A stretch of DNA of 64,000 bases. It comes from Paraspadella gotoi (taxonomy: Eukaryota > Animalia > Chaetognatha). Each line of letters begins with the position of its first letter. The stretch's first letter is position 1. This document shows, piece after piece, positions 1-13,074 of this stretch. The notes beneath the pieces were generated by a model. It searched no databases. It was not told where the DNA came from and saw nothing but the letters and a program-made list of their open reading frames with translations. The position numbers were made by a program, and so were the translations under genes. Where the stretch lies: assembly GCA_051294375.1 (NCBI GenBank), contig CM119270.1, positions 11,139,626-11,203,625 on the forward strand. Direction: 5' to 3'.

Positions 1-54
1 CCTGTAAAATAATGAATTCTGATTTGGGAGTGATTTCGCATCCATTGTTTTCAC

Positions 55-250
55 CCGTAGCTCTAGCGGATTTCTTCCTCTTATGATCCGGAGATTCGTC
101 AGACGAGAAACATAATCTCCATCGATCGAGAAATCGATCGCAATCCAGCTCAGATCGAGCGATGTTTCAGTCCGGCCCTTGCGCGTCTTCTCTAACAAAA
201 AATCGAAAGATTCCGAGGAGAAGAAAGGTTGCCTTCGCGACGGGCCCGCC
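55..250 (-). CDS. Probable receptor L-domain exon (insulin receptor/EGFR/IRLD-type), partial, with an apparent frameshift
   Basis: The minus strand reads ...SFDFLLEK...LDLSWIAIDFSIDGDYVSRLTNLRIIRGRNPLELR; LTNLRIIRG matches the L-domain LxNLxxIRG motif. An EGNL motif lies about 43 codons upstream in another frame. The exon is followed by a GT donor at 54-53 and a ttttacAG acceptor at 3-2, giving a 53-bp intron. Confidence 0.45.
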
Positions 251-2119
251 CTTGATTACATCAATGGTTCGCCGGCTTCTTCGCCAACATCATTCATTCG
301 TCGGTCCATGCCACACCGTCCTGCAGCAACCGTCGTCTTGCATCAACGTCCAGCACCGACTCCATCGGTCGTGCCCACGCCCACTCCATTGTCTGTCACA
401 CCAACTCCATTGTCGTCCTTCGTCAAGTTTATTATATTATTATTATTTATCAGTATCAAGATTTAGTATAAACCTAGCGCCGAGACAAATCAAACGAGCA
501 TAAGAAAAATAATATATATAATAAATATAATCATATTAATTGAGTCAACATTCAGATTAGTCTTTAACTTTGGTTATAAAAAAATCTGGCCTCATAAACC
601 CTTTTAGTTCGATATTTTCACCAGCGGTTATTTTTATGGTGCTTATAATTTTAACTATACCCTGACTATCCAACAAAACAGATTCCTTGTGGAGATGTTC
701 ACAAAAAAGGAGGAGATAGCAAAGTTATACTGCTCAATTTTGATAAAGGAAAAAAATCTGGAGTTCTTAAAATATTAAATGTGGAAATACTGTAATGTAA
801 TTCATTTCCATTTTTTTTAAATGCTAAAATTAGACGGATTATTTGAATGAGAGAAAGTGAAGAATATCTTGCCTCGTCTTCTCTTTCTCATCAGCTTGTG
901 CCAGAAAAAGTAACAATTTCTCTCTATACAATAAATTTTTCGCTGAGGTTTGAATCAATGTTTTACTAAGAAAACGGTTCTGCTTTCATTCGTTTCATCA
1001 CCAGTCTGAAACTTGTTGTCTATGAGTTTTCTAAACCAGCATTTTTTTCTCGTATTTTCCTCTCAATTAAACATACAATTTTGAAACTCTTGTCGACTCA
1101 TTTTTGGACGGGGGATGCTTGAAGTTGTTTTCGCGTGCGAGAAAATAAAATTCTTTTTCAGCAGAGGAGAGAGAGAGAGAGAGAGAGTGAGAAAAATAGA
1201 GAAAGAGAGATAAAGTCGATTGTGTTCACAGGTCTGGGGCGTTTATTTCGTGTTCTTTTTCTCGTTTATATTTCCTTGATAATTGCGTTCATAAAATCTT
1301 AATGTAATTGGCTTTAAATATATCAAAATTTTCATTGGCTTAACTGAGAAACAACTTTTTTTTAGTAAATATAATACGCAAAAACTAAATTTGAAGTGGT
1401 CACGTGACAATTATCCACCATGCACAGTTCGCAAATGAGATTTTTTTAAAAAAAATTGTTAAAGAATCTGCAGTGGATCTGAATATTGTTTTTGGAAATT
1501 ATTAAATTGTGATATCAAATAAACTACATTAGGGTAAACGGATCACCGACAGCAACATGAATAGAATTTGGGAAATGTATATATGCAATATGATCCGCCC
1601 CTACTCTTCACAAATCTTCTTTGTGACTAAACTAAAACAGAAATTTGAAAAAAAATATTCCTATGTTTTGGAGAGAGAGAGAGAGAGAGGGAGAGAGAGA
1701 GAATGAGCCAGCCTTGGTTTTTGGCTGCAGCTGTAGATCTTCATTTATTCTTCCGCTCGACTTCTTCTTTTCACTGATGTTCATTTAAGTGGTTTTCTGC
1801 AGGATTCTTTTTCCTCTCGCCACAGTGATTCTTTTTTCTCTCACCACAGTAATTTTATAACCCTAGTTCCGGTTGTTATTCAAAGCGCCGATGTTTATAT
1901 TTTGTCTTTCAACGAATTGTTTTCACTGTTCTGTTCCACAGGATTCAATGCGTTGCTATTTTTCATCTGCTTTAGCCACAGGGATTCCCAGTTTTTTTTA
2001 AATACAATGTTATTAAAATTTGTGTAGATTTATAAAAGGTTTTGTTTAAATATCATAGTATATCTATTAAAAATTAATTAAAAAATACCAAATTTGGCCT
2101 AATTTCATCTTTGTTTTGG

Positions 2120-2248
2120 ATTAAGTTAATTTTTAGGTTTATAGAAGTTAGGGTTACGAATTAAGTTAAGAGTTAGGCGTTAGAGATTAGGTTAGTGATA
2201 AGGGTTAGGAATTACGGTTAGAGATGAGGGGTTGAGGTTCGGGATTAA
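2120..2248 (+). repeat. Degenerate telomere-like (TTAGG/TTAGGG/TTAGGC) interstitial array
   Basis: ttaggttt, gttagggtta, gttaggcgttag, attaggttag, agggttagg with roughly 6-bp periodicity; second copy at about 11750-11866. Confidence 0.5.
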
Positions 2249-2440
2249 TTATTAATTCCGCGCTTAACACCCAACGCTGAATCCGTTTTAATGCTAAGAC
2301 GGTTTGTAACATCGTGCTCCGCTCAAGTCTTTTTCCCACATTACCTCGATTCATTTGACTACGTATATAACGGGACTGTTTGCGTCTGTACAAGAGTATC
2401 CATGTCTTTCTTTTCAGTCTATCCTATCGTCTGCATGGTT

Positions 2441-2506
2441 CCGAGTCCGTCCCGAGTCCGTCCCGAGTCCGTCCCGAGTCCGTCCCGAGTCCGTCCCGAG
2501 TCCGTC
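2441..2506 (+). repeat. 11-bp minisatellite (CCGAGTCCGTC)x6
   Basis: Six perfect tandem units; degraded copy at about 12070-12133. Confidence 0.95.
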
Positions 2507-2679
2507 CGTCTCTGTCCTAATCCCACTCAAGCGCCTTTTCCTCGTTTTTCCGCCTTCGACCGACCTAATTTATTTTCAATGGCGCCCGGACAAGGGCGCG
2601 CGGCACAATTCAAAAATTAAATTTAGCTTTGGCTTAACCTTCGCCCCCGAGCGTGATGGTCTCGGAGCCTCCAAGAAGG

Positions 2680-2720
<41 letters not shown>

Positions 2721-2942
2721 GCGATGTGTTAAAAAAAACAAAAACAAAAGAAAGAAGGGGAAAAGCAAATATTCGCCGATGGGATCTAACTTTCTGGACC
2801 GAAGGAAAAAAAATTTTGGGTCGAACTTGAAAGGCAGCCTTTTCGAAAGAACAGCGGCACCTAATTTTGAAATAAGAGAGACAAGACGTTCATCCATGGA
2901 GGCTAATGGACATTGGAAGGAGAGAGAGAGAGAGGAGCGGAG

Positions 2943-2975
<33 letters not shown>

Positions 2976-5900
2976 TGAGAAGAGAGAGAGGAGAGAGAAG
3001 AGAGAGGAGAGAGAGAGAGAGAGAGAGAAGGAAAAACCTCTCTATGCCCACTTGACCAGCCAGTAGTTAATGGCCTGCGCAGGAGTCTTTCCTTTAAACT
3101 ATTGCCTTTAAATGGTGGAGAAGTTAGGGCCTGAAGAGAAGAAAGAGAAGGAGGATGACGAGCGGCAGGAGAGCAAGAGACGAGAGGAAGAGAGAGAGAG
3201 AGAGACGAGAGACAGAGAGAGGAGGGAGGGGAGAGAGGCGACGAGAGGAGAGGAGACAGAGAGAGGAGGAGACAGTGAAGGAGGAGATGAGAGAGAGAAG
3301 AGAAAGGCCTGGGAGAGAAAGAAGCAGCGGAGGAAATCCAAACGAGCTCTTATGTTTTTGATGAACCTCTGATCGCGTAACAGAAGTTTAAGACGCGAAA
3401 AAGGAAAAGGCGGCAGAGCTCCTCGGAGGCAGAGGAAAGGGAGGAGAGAGAGAGATAAGAGAGAGAACTAGAGATAGAAAGATAGTGAGATGGGGCGTAA
3501 AAATTAGCAGCCGGCTCAAGAAACCGCGGCAGCTGCCTCGCTGGTTGGGAGGAATATAAAAACGGACTTTTGAGCAAAAGTTTAAGCCCGTCGTTTATTT
3601 TTTCTCTTCGACTATTATTGATTACGTGAAAAAAGAACGCAGATTTAGAGAATGTAATAGAGAAGAGAGAGAGAGGATGAGAGAAAGAGAGAGAGAGATC
3701 GGCGTCTATCAATCAACGCAGACAATCGCCGCTTCCTCCATAAAAATCGAGCGCCAGATTCTTACAATAGACGGCGCTGATCCCAGCGCCGCGGTTGATG
3801 AGATCGGAGAAAACGACAAAAGGACAATGGCACCTGAGGATAAGACGAGAGGGGTTAGGGGAAGAGAGAGAGAGAAAGAGAGAGAGAGGATTGAGAGGAG
3901 GAGAGAGCAGAGAGAGAAGAGAGAAGAGAGAGAGAGATTCGAAGAGACGAGAGAGAGACCAGAGCAGAGAGAAGAGAGACCTATCAAACGAGTTTCCCGG
4001 GTGGCAGCAGATTTAGAAGGAGGAGGCAATGAATAGCCGGATTTAGCAAGGACATGAAGATCGGACGAGGTGCGGGGGGCGAGTTGAGCTGGGTGGGGGG
4101 TTCGGGTTTTGGGGGGAGAAGGGGGGTGGACATTCGGGGGATTGGCAGCCAAAGGTTTAGAAGTGAATCGATTAGCGTTGCGAGCCTGTGATGGTTCCGC
4201 CAGTGGGGAAATCAAGGGTGGTATTAATCATCGAAGAGAAAGGGGGTCTTAATTAGTAGGTGTAAAAAAATAAGTTTGAAGTAATTTCTGTTTCGTGAAA
4301 ATGCCACTCAGGGGTGAAAAAGATTTGAAGAAACGAGGATGGGAAACGAGAGTGAAATCGCGGTGGAATCGTGAAGGGAAATCGATGGCCAGCGAAGTGT
4401 GTGAAGTGGAGCGACGTCGAGGATTAGAGGAAGTGATGAATGAGAGGCGCTTGGGGGGGTAATCAGCGGGGGTTGAGGCGTCGGGCGTTTTGATCTTATT
4501 AACCCGTCGAAATCAACCTCGTTTTTTTTGGGAGACAAACAGTAACACTTTTATCGTCGACACTATCAATTTAGTTTCTTTAGTAAAAAATATTAAAGTA
4601 ATACTATCCATAGAGTAAGACATTTATTTGCGTTTTTTTTTTAAATTACAATAGATTTCTCATTTTTTTAAAATCACTACACTACATTTTATACTATCAA
4701 ATTTCTTAATTTCTCAACTTTTTAAACTTCATTTCCCTAACCCATTCTTTCTATATCTAGTCAACCTGCGTCGGAGTTCTTGCTTTTTTTCTATTTTTCT
4801 TTTCAATACTTCCTCTTCTTCTCTCCTCTTTCCCTCCTTTGCATCCTCCTTTTTCTCCTCTTTTCCCATTCCTCCGACCCCTCCCCCCGCCGACCCCTCC
4901 CTCCACTGGCTCCAAAAGGGTGCGTAACTTCATTGCGTCCTGGTTTTCTTTCTTTTGTCTTTGACCACGGTTATTGGTTCTTGCTCCGTCGAGGCTCCTT
5001 TCCTTTCCTTCGCCGATTCCTCGGACTCCCGAATCCGAAAGTTGTTGTTGTTGTTGTGTTGTTGTCGTCGTTGTCGTGATTGCGCGACGGGATGGCGTCA
5101 TCTTCGACGCTTTCGTCATACTGTCTTTTTGATTTTATTTTTCTTTCTTTCCCGTTCGCGTTTCAGTTGTAACTCATACTTGAAGATCAGCGTCCGCCAT
5201 TTTTGTTTACCTGTGCGGCGGAAGAGAGAAAAACAGGCGTGCGTTAAATGGCTGAGGGCTGTGGGTAGGTGCGCAGCGGTGGGGCTTGTGACGGCGGCAG
5301 GCACTCCTGCGGGCGTCAAGGTGACGTCTCTAATTTTCCTTATTTTACTGCCGTTCAGGTTTTTCCCCAGGCGAATCTAAAAAAGATCCTGAAACTTAGC
5401 CTGTCCAGAAGAGGCAGGAGCATTGACATTTTATGGAGAAGAGAGAGAGAGCGAGAGAGAGAGAGAGAAGAGAGAAATGAGAGGGAGATGAGAGAAGAGA
5501 GAGATCGACTTGAGAAAGAGAGAGAGACGAGAAGAGAGAAGAGAGAGAGAGATGAGAGAGAGAGAGATGGAGAGAGAGAGAGAGAAGGAGAGAGAGTTAA
5601 AAATTTCCTTTGTTTGCAACTCTGGGTTTTTTACCTTAAATCATTTTTAATTTTGAACCATCTTTCCTATTTATAATATGGGTAGTGATAGTAACTATTT
5701 TTTAAGTTGAACATCACTACACTGCTATCTATTGCTAACCTCAATCTATATGTATGTAATATTCTTCGTTTGACAGCAAATATTTCTCTATTTTTTTTTC
5801 TATGTTCCTTTAGCTTTCCGACTTTTCAATCCTCTATTTATTCTTTAATCTTTAATTCCTTTTTATATTTCTCTTCCCTCATATGATTCCTTACTAGTTG

Positions 5901-5977
5901 ATTCAATTCTCTCTCCCTTTCGCTTTCTCCTCCTTCACTTTCTCCTCTTCCTCATCTCAGACTCTCTCTCTCTCTTC

Positions 5978-6034
<57 letters not shown>

Positions 6035-8843
6035 ATTCCTGTTGTTCTGACGCGTTTAGGTTTCGGTTTTCCGCCTCGTTTGACTCCCACGGGGGATGCG
6101 CCGTCGCCAACGACGGCTGACGACGCGACGACGCCAGCGACCGTGACGACGCGCATGGCCGGACACGCCGGCGGACGACGACGTACGACAAGGCAAACGA
6201 CGCGGGAGTACGACGACATGATTTTCCTTTTCGCGCCACAGATTTTCTTATACCTTTTTATTGGTTTTCGAAAGATTTGTCATACAAAAGTGTTATCCTT
6301 TTAGAAAACGAGAGAGAGAGACTGAGATGATGGAGAGAGACGAGGAGAGAGAAGAGAGAGAGACCGATGAAGACGAGGAGCAGAAGAGAGAGAGAGCAGA
6401 ATGTGGCGTCGGGTGAAAAAGAAGTGTAGAGTTGTTGGAGTGGAAGTAGGTGAGAGTGAAGGACGGGTAGCGTGTGAGGATAAACCATCGTGGGGTGAGG
6501 GGGATGATAACGCGCATGAGATTAATTTGATGCAAATCGCGTCGCATCACCCGGTCGCCTACACAACAGGGGCGCGACTTTTTTTTCTTGTATCGCAGAC
6601 CCCGCCGCGGTATGTAATGTACCTGAAGGAGATGCTGAACACACTGAGGGCGGTACTGTTTAGTATTAATAAGAGTGCTCCTTCGTTCGAATTGTTTAAG
6701 AAAGTGTGCGTAACTGCATTACGTGATATTCAAAATGCTTTATAATAATAGTTCTAAGCGTAAATTATAATTTTATATAAAAATAATGTAATTAAATTAA
6801 AATTTCAAAACAATTACTTTGTTCTATCTTTTTTAAGAGACTGAAATTAATGCCCTAAAAGCCTTTCTATGTAATTTTCGTCATATTTTTTTCGCGCATA
6901 TGAAGCAGTGCTTTCTCTTATGTTCTTTATCCCTTCCATTTTGTCTTCATCTGAAATTTGGCCATTTCCAACGAGGTTGCTTTTTTACAGACTGTTTCAG
7001 ATGTCTTTCCGATAACTTCAAAGTGAGAGTTAAAGAGAGAGGAAAGAGAGAGAGACTAGGAGAGAGAGAGATGAGAGAGAGAGAGAGATGACGGAGAGAG
7101 AGAGAGAGAGAGAGAGAGACCAGAGAGAGAGAGAGAAAGAATGAAAGGAGAGAAACGAGTCAGCGGAGACTGTTTCGCTCATCTGCTTCTAATAACAACT
7201 AAATCGAGCGGTACGGTTTCCCATCAAAAGGAGCAATGAGGAGGAAGAGAAAAGAAGGGGATGAAAGGAGTGAACGCGATGAGGAGGTGGAAAGTGGGAA
7301 AGCAAAGGAAGCCGGAAAAAAAAGGAGGAGGCAAAGGAAACAAAGGAAGGGAAAAGGGAAGGGAGGCGTGGGCAAAAGGGTGGAAAGGGAATTAGGAAAA
7401 AGGCGAAATGCAAAACATACGCTAATGAGAAATGAGATGAAAAGAAACAGATGAAATAAAGGTATTAAGAAAACTATCAACACAGAAAGTGTTAAAATTA
7501 AACTTTTTTTCATTAAAAACGAATAGCAGTTAAAAAATGTTTTTCTCGTAAAAAAGTTATTACTTTATAACTTTACCATTCTGAGTACTTCCATATAATT
7601 CTCTTTAAATTATAGTAAAATATTTATCTTGTGATTTAAATCACATATCATTAATAATTTTACTGTTGAATATATTTGCCTTCTTTTCGATGAAAATAAA
7701 ATTATGAGGATGTATGATGTATATGTATGGATATATTGTATATTAACCAAAGTAAAAAAATATCTTCATATTTTTTAAAAGAAAATTAAAACAAACAAAT
7801 TATCAAAAAACTAAACTCTCAAAGCGTTTGGATATTCCAAAAATAGCCTAAAAATCCTATTTGTGTAATACGAGCAAGGCGAATTTTTAAAAAAATTTGG
7901 AGAAAGATGATTTCTGTCTGTGTCATCTGCCAAATCCACCACATAATCCTCAACAGCCACGCCCATGCTCAACCTCGCACCGTCCACTTCCCCTTCTTCC
8001 TCTGCATTCGAATAATTGCTATTTCGCCTCCTGGCGGTTATCGCGCCCATAAAAGCCCGGAAATCGGGAAGGCAGAGAGAGAGAAGAAGAGAGAGTAGAG
8101 CAGAGGAGAGAGAGAGAGAGAGAGAGACATGAGAGAGAGGAAGAGAGAGAGAGAGATTGAGCAGAGCGGGGGAGACATTCAGAGGAAAGTGTTTTGCAGA
8201 AGGAAGAACGATACCTCTCTTAAAAAAGGAGTGTAGTTATTTTTTGATTCTGGGTTGATTTGCTTAATAAGAGCAAATTCGTCCTATGTAAACTGTGAGT
8301 AAAAGACGCATAGCCGATCTTTCTTAGCGCTGACTTAAAATGAAAATTAAAGCCAAGAACGCTGACGCTTGTCAGGCCACCTTTGCCATTCGTCGGAAAA
8401 TATATTCCTTTGCTTTTAAAACGACGCAAAACGTTACTTCAAGAGTCAGATTCAAAACCTCTTTTCCTCGGGTGGGCGAAGCGAAAAACTAATAAACAAG
8501 CGAATCCACAACCCTTCGTTCCTCCCAAGCTCAGTCCGATCTTTTTCATTTACCTCCGCCAATTTGGATGAGACGGAGAGGACAAAAGAAACTGAGACGA
8601 GAAGAGAGAGAGAGAAGAGAGGAGAAGATGAGTAGAGATGAGAGAGGAGGAGAGGTGCAAAGTTTTTAACAATGGTCTAATCCATGCACGCCTTGAAAAG
8701 GAGCCGAAGGCCCAAACAATTATTTCCAATTGCGATGTGGATGTGGGGGAGGAAAGTAGGGGGAGAGAGAGGTTGAGTTCAAAAGGAAGTACGCCTCGTT
8801 TTTTCCTCTTCTCTCTCTCTCTCTATCTCTCTCTCTCTCTGTC

Positions 8844-8896
<53 letters not shown>

Positions 8897-9279
8897 GCGT
8901 GCCGTTTTACGATCGCGATCCTCCATGCTTTAATTTTTCGAACTTTGTTCGTTTTTTTCGAAGAATTTTTACGAGAGATGAGAGAGAAGAGAAAACAGAA
9001 GGGAAGTGAGAGTCATGTGTCGGAAATGGCTGAACTCCCACGGAAGAAGAGGAACAGGGAAAATAAAGGAACGGGAAAAAAGAGTGAGGGAAGAAAAGGA
9101 GGAGAATCTAAGCTCTGAGTGAGGGAAGAAAGGAAAAAAAAAATGTGGAAGTGACAGAAATGGCTGGAGTCATTGCGAGACGAGCCTTCGCACGCGCGGG
9201 GCGCCCCTATTTTGACACGACTTCGTCATTATTTCCTCTTTCTCTCTCTCTCTTCTCTCATCGTTCTCTCTCGTCTCTG

Positions 9280-9315
<36 letters not shown>

Positions 9316-10469
9316 CTTCTCTCTCTTCTGCTCTCTCTCTAATCTCTCTTCTCTTGCTCACTCTTCGCCTCTTCCCTCCTCTTAACATCCCATTCGGTCT
9401 TCCTAACCAGCGTTATTCTCGACCTCTGACCGAAATTCGATTTGGTCCACCTCCTTTTCGCGTCGCGCATATTATCACTTCTGCACCTGCTTGCCCTGCG
9501 CAGTCTCGGCTCCATGCATCTCCTTGCCAAGTAGTCTTGCTCATTTCCATTTTAGGTACTTCTCCAATTCAAACTTAGCACTTTCATTCGCCACTTATTA
9601 CCCTCTCAACTAAATCTCTTTGCATGATCGCCCTATGGTAAGTTCAAAAGATCGACGCCCAATTCGCCTCCCTGGTGTGATGCGTTATTTTGGAGAACTC
9701 GCCACCATGAAAAAAATGGTTCCATAGTATAATTAGAAAGTGTCCCCTGTGCGAATGATGAATGAGAAGAAATTTATATTAAAAACACACACTCAAAAAA
9801 ACCAGAGAAAATAAATATGGGCGTTTTCTAAAGAAAAAAAACCCTCATGAAAGGAATAATCATGTTTAAAGCGGCACAAAAAAATAGTTGCCTAAAGGAG
9901 AAAGAGAAAAATCTTGGGTTGAAGGTGGGGGCGGTGTATGGAGGGAGAGTGAAGAGCGTGGGGTGTAGGGCGGGAGGTGAGTTGAGTAAGTGGCGACAGA
10001 CGAAAACAAGAACGCAGAGGCACTTAATCAAAATTTAGCCGGCTTTGTTTTTTGAGCTTTGGATTTTCTTCCGCCTCGCCGGAGTTTTTTTAAGGCACCT
10101 GCTTGCATTTTTGAGGATGAGGAATGGAGAGGGAAGGAGGGAGGAGAGAGAGAGGAGAGAGAGAAAGAGAGAAAGAGAGTGAGAGAAAATCAATTATAAA
10201 CTTTTTTACCATTAATTTTTCTGCTGTTGCTAAACCACTCGCGGTTTTTGTTTGTTTGCGCGTTGAAATTTTAAAAAAGTTGACGTACAGATTTTTTGAA
10301 AATAAAATCCATTTTCTTCACGTCGAAGAAACATAGGAATATTTTTTTTTCAATTTGTTTACGTTAGTCACAGATGTGAAGAGTAAGCAGTAGGGCAATG
10401 TTTGCGAAGAGAAGAGAAAGGAAGAGAAGAGAGAGAAAGAGACGAGGAGAAGAGAGAGAGAGAGAGAGA

Positions 10470-11145
10470 TCGAGAGAGAGAGAGAGAGAGGGAGAGAGAG
10501 AGAATGAGCCACCGTTGGTTTTGGCTGCAGCTTGTAGATCTTCATTTATTCTTCCGCTCACTTCTTCTTTCTCACTGATGTTTCATTTAAGTGGTTTTTC
10601 TGCAGGATTCTTTTTCCTCTCGGCCACAGTGATCTTTTTTCTCTCACCACGAGTAAGTTTTATAACCCTAAGTTCCGGTTCCGTTATCAAAAGCGGCCGA
10701 TTGTGTTATATTTTGTCTTTCAACGAATTGTTTCACTGTTCTGGTTCCAACAGAATTCAATGCGTTGCTATTTTTCATTGCTTTAGCCACAGGGATTCCC
10801 AGTTTTTTTTAAAATACAACTGTTATGTGCATCACGCCATAAAACGGCGTTGGTAAGATCTTTTCGCATCGAAGTAAACAACAAAGATCTTCGAAATCCT
10901 TCTTTACCGTTTTTTTAAATTTCAGATTTTTTTTCAGGATTTCTTGTTTCTATATTTTTTTCCTGTTATTTTTCTTTAAGAAAGAATTAATTACTAATTA
11001 CTAAGGCTTTTATTAAATAATCTATACAAAATATCGAGAATGGTTTTATTTCTTTAAACCTTTCCATTCAAAAATTCAAGTCCTTGCTATGAAGAAAGAA
11101 AGAATACGAGGCGAGGATAAGCAGATGAGACGAGTAGCGGTGAAC

Positions 11146-11181
<36 letters not shown>

Positions 11182-12331
11182 AGGAAAAGAAGAGACGAGG
11201 TCGCGTGTTGATGCTGCCACAAGAGTTATCAACTTTGCAGGTATAGTTGGCGCGGGTCAAAACCAGAGTCATCAGAAATGTTCGGAGAATCTAAAAATTT
11301 TTATGTTAAAAAGACAGTAAATCAAAAAAAGAAAAGTAAAATCAGTTTAAATTCTGTCAAGAATTCTCAAGAAGACTGTTACTCCATTTCGTTGCGGGCC
11401 ATACCGTGAGACTATCCATGAATTCCATAACGAGTGTGAAAGGTCTTTTCATCTCTTAATTCGCCGTATGCGAACAAAAAATTTTCAGGGAAATAAATAA
11501 AACGAGAAAAGATAACTTAAATTCGCGAACTTTCCAAACTCGAGTAACGTTAAAACTATTTCTTTTTTCGGTATTTACCCCTGCTTTTAGCACACAGGGA
11601 TTCCCAGTTTTTTTAAATAAATGTTGATTAAAATTTGTGTAGAATTTATAAAAGAGTTTTGTTAAATAGGCATAGTCATATCTATTAAAAATTAATTAAA
11701 ATACCAAATTTGGGGCCTAATGTTCATCTTTGTTTTCGGAATTAAGTTAATTTTTAGGTTTATAGAAGTTAGGTAACGAATTAAGTTAAGAGTTAGGCGT
11801 TTAGAGATTAGGTTTAGTATAAGGGTTAGGAATTACGGGAGAGATGATGGGTTGAGGTTCGGGATTAATGATTAAATCCGCGCTTAACCACCCAACGCTG
11901 AATCCGTTGTTTTTAATGCTAAGACGGTTTAATTGTACATCGTGCTCGCTACAAGTCTTTTTCCCACATGTACCTCGATTCAACTTTGACTACGTATATA
12001 ACGGGACTGTTTTGCGTCTGTACAAGAGTATCCATGTCTTTCTTTTCAGTCTATCTATCGTCTGCTAGGTCCGAGTCCGTCCCGAGTCCGTCCCGAGTGA
12101 TTCCGTTCCGCGAGTCGTCCCGGAGTCCGTCCGTCTCTGTCCTAATCCCACTCAAGCGCCTTTTTCCTCGTTTTTCCGCCTTTACGACCGAAACCTAATT
12201 TATTGTTCAATGGCGCCCGGACAAGGGCGCGCGGCACAATTCAAAAATTAAATTTGCTTTGGCTTAACCTTCGCCCCCGAGCGTTGATGGTCTCCGGAGC
12301 CCTCCAGAAGGAGTCTCTCTCCTCATCTCTC

Positions 12332-12405
<74 letters not shown>
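10470..12405. repeat. Duplicated block A, copy 2, with about 750 bp of extra sequence (10827-11581)
   Basis: Matches 1672-2012, then 1967-2718; ends just before the 25-N gap at 12432-12456. Confidence 0.9.
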
Positions 12406-12599
12406 AGTTTTTGAATAGCGTTTTTGTGTTTNNNNNNNNNNNNNNNNNNNNNNNNNTGAGGGAAAATTGGCTTCTTTAAAGAAATATCAGACTATGAGCA
12501 AATAAATAAACATGAGCGGGGTTGTAGGGAGATGGCGGCAGAGAGAAATAGCGAAAGAGGAACATATTTAGTAGGGTAAGGGAGAGAGTGAGTGAAAGG

Positions 12600-12635
<36 letters not shown>

Positions 12636-13032
12636 AACCTGAGTGTCTCTGAAGAAAAGAAGAAAACTCCAGCGCCAGTGAGACTGTCTGGCTCTCTCTC
12701 TCTCTCCTCTCTCTCTCTTATCTTTTTTGTCCAAAGTCTTTTTTCTAAGTTTGTATCTCTTCCCCTTTCAGCTCTTTGATCAACTTGAAAAGAGACAAGT
12801 TTTTGAATGGGACTCACATCATCACAACAACTCGCTTTTCGTATTTATCCAACGATTTTTTTTCTTTTTTTTTTTTGGTCAACGATTTGCTATTATCTGT
12901 CAATGCCAAAGTGAGTGAAAGGAAAGATTATTGAGAAGAAGAGAAACGAAAAGAGAGAGAGAGAGAGAGACAGAGAGAGAGAGGAGAAGTAGCGATAGGC
13001 AAGTCTGGCGGGTTGTTCCATATCTTAGTTCT

Positions 13033-13074
<42 letters not shown>

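Larger units (their letters stand above)
1672..2718. repeat. Duplicated block A, copy 1 (copy 2 at about 10470-12405)
   Basis: Near-identical text from gagaatgagcc...ggctgcagc through ggagtctctctc; differences are mostly small indels. Confidence 0.9.

Noticed and set aside
52-75. cacccgtagctc resembling a miR-51/100 family seed
   Set aside because: No precursor hairpin seen; coincides with the proposed exon-intron boundary.
5179-5199. Minus-strand ATG mini-exon MADADLQ|GTATGA
   Set aside because: Too short to assign; no linked downstream exon, and not a signal peptide for the L-domain gene.
2653-6550. Many ORFs rich in ERERER or SLSLSL (here and across the window)
   Set aside because: They are translations of (GA)n/(CT)n microsatellites, with no domain content.
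6599-6609. Possible 11-nt microexon (cgcAG...GTATGT)
   Set aside because: Not a multiple of three and no host gene identified on that strand.
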